Below the pieces are notes generated by a model. The model had not been told where the DNA came from. It saw only the letters and a program-made list of their open reading frames with translations, and searched no databases. This document shows positions 60,301-64,000 of a stretch of 64,000 bases of DNA, in pieces; the stretch's first letter is position 1, and the number at the start of each line of letters is the position of its first letter. The stretch lies in assembly GCF_009914755.1 (NCBI RefSeq), contig NC_060937.1, one strand, 5' to 3'. This DNA is from the human T2T-CHM13v2.0 reference genome, Homo sapiens. The position numbers and the translations under genes were made by a program.

Positions 60301-63300
60301 TATTTCACATACATGCTTACATTGCTTCACACTATGTTAGCTGTTTTGCATGGATACTGCTGGAGTATTTACTGATCATGGGCCTAGAGTGAATTTCTTG
60401 ATTGCACAAGATGTATGGTGATATTGGTGGACTTAAGGTTATTGAATTGTGTACCAGGAATAAAATATTCATCATGTGGTTTTTTTGGGAGGTTCTGGGT
60501 AACACTGTAGCCTCCAGGGTAGACTGAGTAGGGGAAAGATTGAGGCCTGGGTTTCCTGTTTGTTTTTTGCTTCTAATTTTCATTTGTTTGCTGTTGTTCT
60601 CCTGTGGGTTTTGCTTGTGTATACATATATATAAAACCGTAAACTTTTTAAGTTTCTAATGGAAAGCTTTTGTTTGGTTCTACAATTTGCCCTATTTATC
60701 TAAAGTTCCTAAGCTACTGTGGTCAAGCCTTTAAAAATTGATAGAGGACACCAGCCATTTAAAATTTGGTGGATTTTGCTTACCTCTAATGATCTAAAGA
60801 ACTACAAGAGCTTTAAGATTTCTGGCACACACACAAAAATAATAATAAAAGACAAGTTCTGAACAGTACATTATATATTCTGTTATTTGGAAAAAGTAGG
60901 GGAGAATAAAAATGTTTAAATGTTTATATCCAAGATAATTCAATTCAATCAATAATTTAATGAAGAAAAACTGTGATGTGGGTACAAAGTTTTAATGTTC
61001 AGAAAAGACGGGCCCTGTCATTAAGGAAATTATATTGATTAGGATTTCTCTTCAAACTAATTTAGTTGTGTGGACCATTATTAAAATTAAGTGACATTCA
61101 TTTGAATTAAGTAGTTAAAAAAAAAAAAGAGAGACTTTCTAGTGACTTTTGATCCCAAGAAGTTTATCAATGATGGGCTTTCATCTGTACTTGTAAACAG
61201 AATATGTGCAGGTGTCGCACTGGTTTGAAGATGAACACTCATAATGAACTGCTTTTATGAGACACAGGGCCAGAAGTTAAAACGATTCAATCCCTCTAGG
61301 CCCAGGGATCACTGCGGAAGAGGTAGCCATGTAAGACTGTAAAGGCCGATTTTGAGGGATAAGATCAGAGTTTTTCTATAAATTAAACATTAATACCAAA
61401 AGCACACTGATGCAAGGCCAGCATCTGGGTCTATGTGTTAGAAGAACATGGTTTTCTTGGAGCACTGATATGCTCTTTAAAAAGAAAATTGGGGCCAGTT
61501 ATTAAAAGTTTATGGAAATCTTACCTTATGGTCAAACTGATTAAAATTAGATAGATTTGTTTATACAGTTTTATTAACCTTAATAATATATAAAGGAAAA
61601 TTTTGGTTTTTGCTTTTGAACAAAATGTTTGTGTAATATTAAGAGATAAAAGATTTTGTTTGCCTTCTGAGTAAGTTGCAAAGAGAAAATGGAGTGGGGG
61701 GGGCCAGACAGGTTTAGTTGGCATGCTATCTTTATTACATCTTATTGCTTAGGAAAATTAGTCTCCTCTCTATGAAAAAGTAAATGTTTTTGTATAATTT
61801 TGGCTAAATGAATGACATTTTACAGTGACTTTGTGATTCTATTTTGTGATAACAAGTGTCTTAAAACTTTGATATTTGGCAAACTTTCTATAAGCAAAAT
61901 TTCAAGATCGAAATTCAGTCTTTTTGACCTCAAACTATTTTTTTGGATATTAGGTTCCCTGACATCCAAGAGAGATATATCAGGCTTATTAGGCTTGTTA
62001 TGTTAGAATTATACAGGAAGCATTATCAAATGTGAGGTAGTATTTAACTGTCTTTGGGTTATATTTATTTAGATATGTTGCTAATATGCATTCCAGGATT
62101 CTATGACATTCCTGAAATTGATGTGTCTTAATATATGTTGTCAGTAGTAATTATGATTATGTTAAATTGTTGTATGCCACACAAGTAACCAAATATCCTT
62201 ATCAACTGTGTCTTTATGACTGTCTTATGACTTTCAACATCCACAACTGATATATTGCTTTTAATCTCCTCAAAAAGTGACTTATAATCACCTATGGTCC
62301 AGGGCTTTCTTCTTTGGAGGAGTTCATGAAAAGGATTCTTTAATGCAGGTTTCTAAAAACTTTGCAGTTTGTGCCCCTGGATTAGAGAGACCTTTCAGGA
62401 CTCTAATTAAAGAGCTGATGTGTTTATAAAGATTGCTAACCCAATATGAAGCAGAGCAGGAGTTCATTGCATGGACTGAAATAATGAAGACTGAAATAAT
62501 TTTTATGGCTTTTTTTGTTTGAAATATTGATGATTCTTTTGTTTGTTTTTTGTTTTTCAGAGTCTGGAGAATATGTTCCTTTTGAGCTATATATAGCCTT
62601 GATATATACTTTAAGTGTATTGAGTAGAGGATACTTTAATAAGTAGAATTTGAGGCATATTTCTCTCTCTGCCTAATTTCTCCAGAATTTGGAAACTGTG
62701 AATATTCTTAATTCATGGAAAATGTGTTTATTTGCATATATTTAATAAAAACCTGTTTTCTTTTGTAATGGGACACAGCCAGAGGAACTGGCTATTTTCC
62801 TAGGACTTTGACTCAAATGACCTTGTGAAATGTTCCAGCAAAGCCAATTTGGAAGAATCTATGGGCAATGATTCTTGTCGCACTGTGTGTGGGTAATCAG
62901 GCCAAGTATATGGGACTGAAGATTATTTTGCAGGTAGATTGGTAGAAGCTTATTTTGCAGGTAGATCCTGCTGTGATTTGTCTTTGGTGGAAGTGGTACA
63001 CCAGAGAGAGAAATATTATGTGTCAGAAGAAACTCTCTATTAGATGAAACTTTGATTCCTGGGTGGCTACATGGTCACCTATGGTATGGAGCTGCCTATG
63101 ACACCCTTCCTCAGCATGAAGCAGCCAGAAAGACCAATGACTGGATTCCTCATGATTGAGGAACTGATAAATAGAAAGGGAAGACTGAAACTGACCCAAC
63201 AGTCCCATAGACTGTTCTTTTGGATAAACACAGAAATTGACCTTTCTGGTCTTAAAGCTTAAAACTTAGGAGTTTTTCCTCAGGAAGGGACCTTGGGACC

Positions 63301-63604
63301 TCTCAAAAAAATGTATCGAAGAACTGCAACTCACCAGATCACCACATCCAGACAATGAGACTCTTACCACGTATTCATCATGACTGCTTCCTTGCCCCTC
63401 CCTAGTTCTTGTTTTCTTACACATTGTTACGTTTCTTCCCTGCCATATAAACCCCTGGTTTTAGTCAGGGAGATAGATTTGAGACTGAGATCCTATCTCC
63501 TCAGCTGCAGCACCCAATTAAACCCTTCTTCTTTGGCAATACTTCTCAGTGATTGGCTTTCTGTGCAGCAGGACCTTGACCAAACCCCTGGTGTTTTGGT
63601 AACG
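57321..63604 (+). mobile_element. Two-LTR non-coding ERV1 provirus (LOR1/MER4 group), antisense in the SUCLA2 intron
   Basis: 5' LTR 57321-57773 and 3' LTR 63186-63604 are homologous; purine tract aatagaaagggaagac before the 3' LTR; AT-rich internal region with no gag/pol/env ORF; flanks aaat/aaag. Confidence 0.87.
59813..60000 (+). repeat. (GGA)n / GA-rich low-complexity tract
   Basis: Near-pure purine run inside the ERV internal region. Confidence 0.92.
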
Positions 63605-63711
63605 AAAGGAATAACTATATTGAAGCTAATAAAAACCATTTATGTAAATGTTGAATAAGAAAATTATAAACATAGAAAGTGGTAAAGCTAGAATGAACCT
63701 TGAAGAACTCA

Positions 63712-64000
<289 letters not shown>

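Noticed and set aside
57774-63185. gag/pol/env genes in the provirus
   Set aside because: No ORF with retroviral protein motifs; AT-rich non-coding internal sequence

Overview
Primate (very probably human) genomic DNA. It holds the 3' end of SUCLA2 (ADP-forming succinyl-CoA ligase beta subunit; 13q14.2 from prior knowledge) on the minus strand. Five GT-AG exons splice in frame to ...[14 protein letters not shown]...KFQLPI*, followed by a ~0.7 kb 3' UTR with AATAAA and a GU-rich downstream element. Almost everything else is transposon-derived: a 3' L1PA7/8 fragment, a full-length L1PA6-like element, a full-length L1PB1-like element (both nested in an older L1M), solo LTRs, several with target-site duplications (TSDs), a two-LTR LOR1-type ERV1 provirus antisense in the SUCLA2 intron, DNA-transposon relics and more than 25 Alus. 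I found no previously undescribed multi-gene system. The best local leads are a ~160 bp direct duplication bracketing the last SUCLA2 exon, an expanded ETS/GABP-motif array in a MER57 LTR, an open ORF0 homologue in the L1PA6, a 1.25 kb unexplained insert in the old L1M, a possible spliced antisense ERV unit and several small repair or retrotransposition scars. Repeat subfamily names come from recalled consensus sequences and need RepeatMasker/Dfam confirmation.
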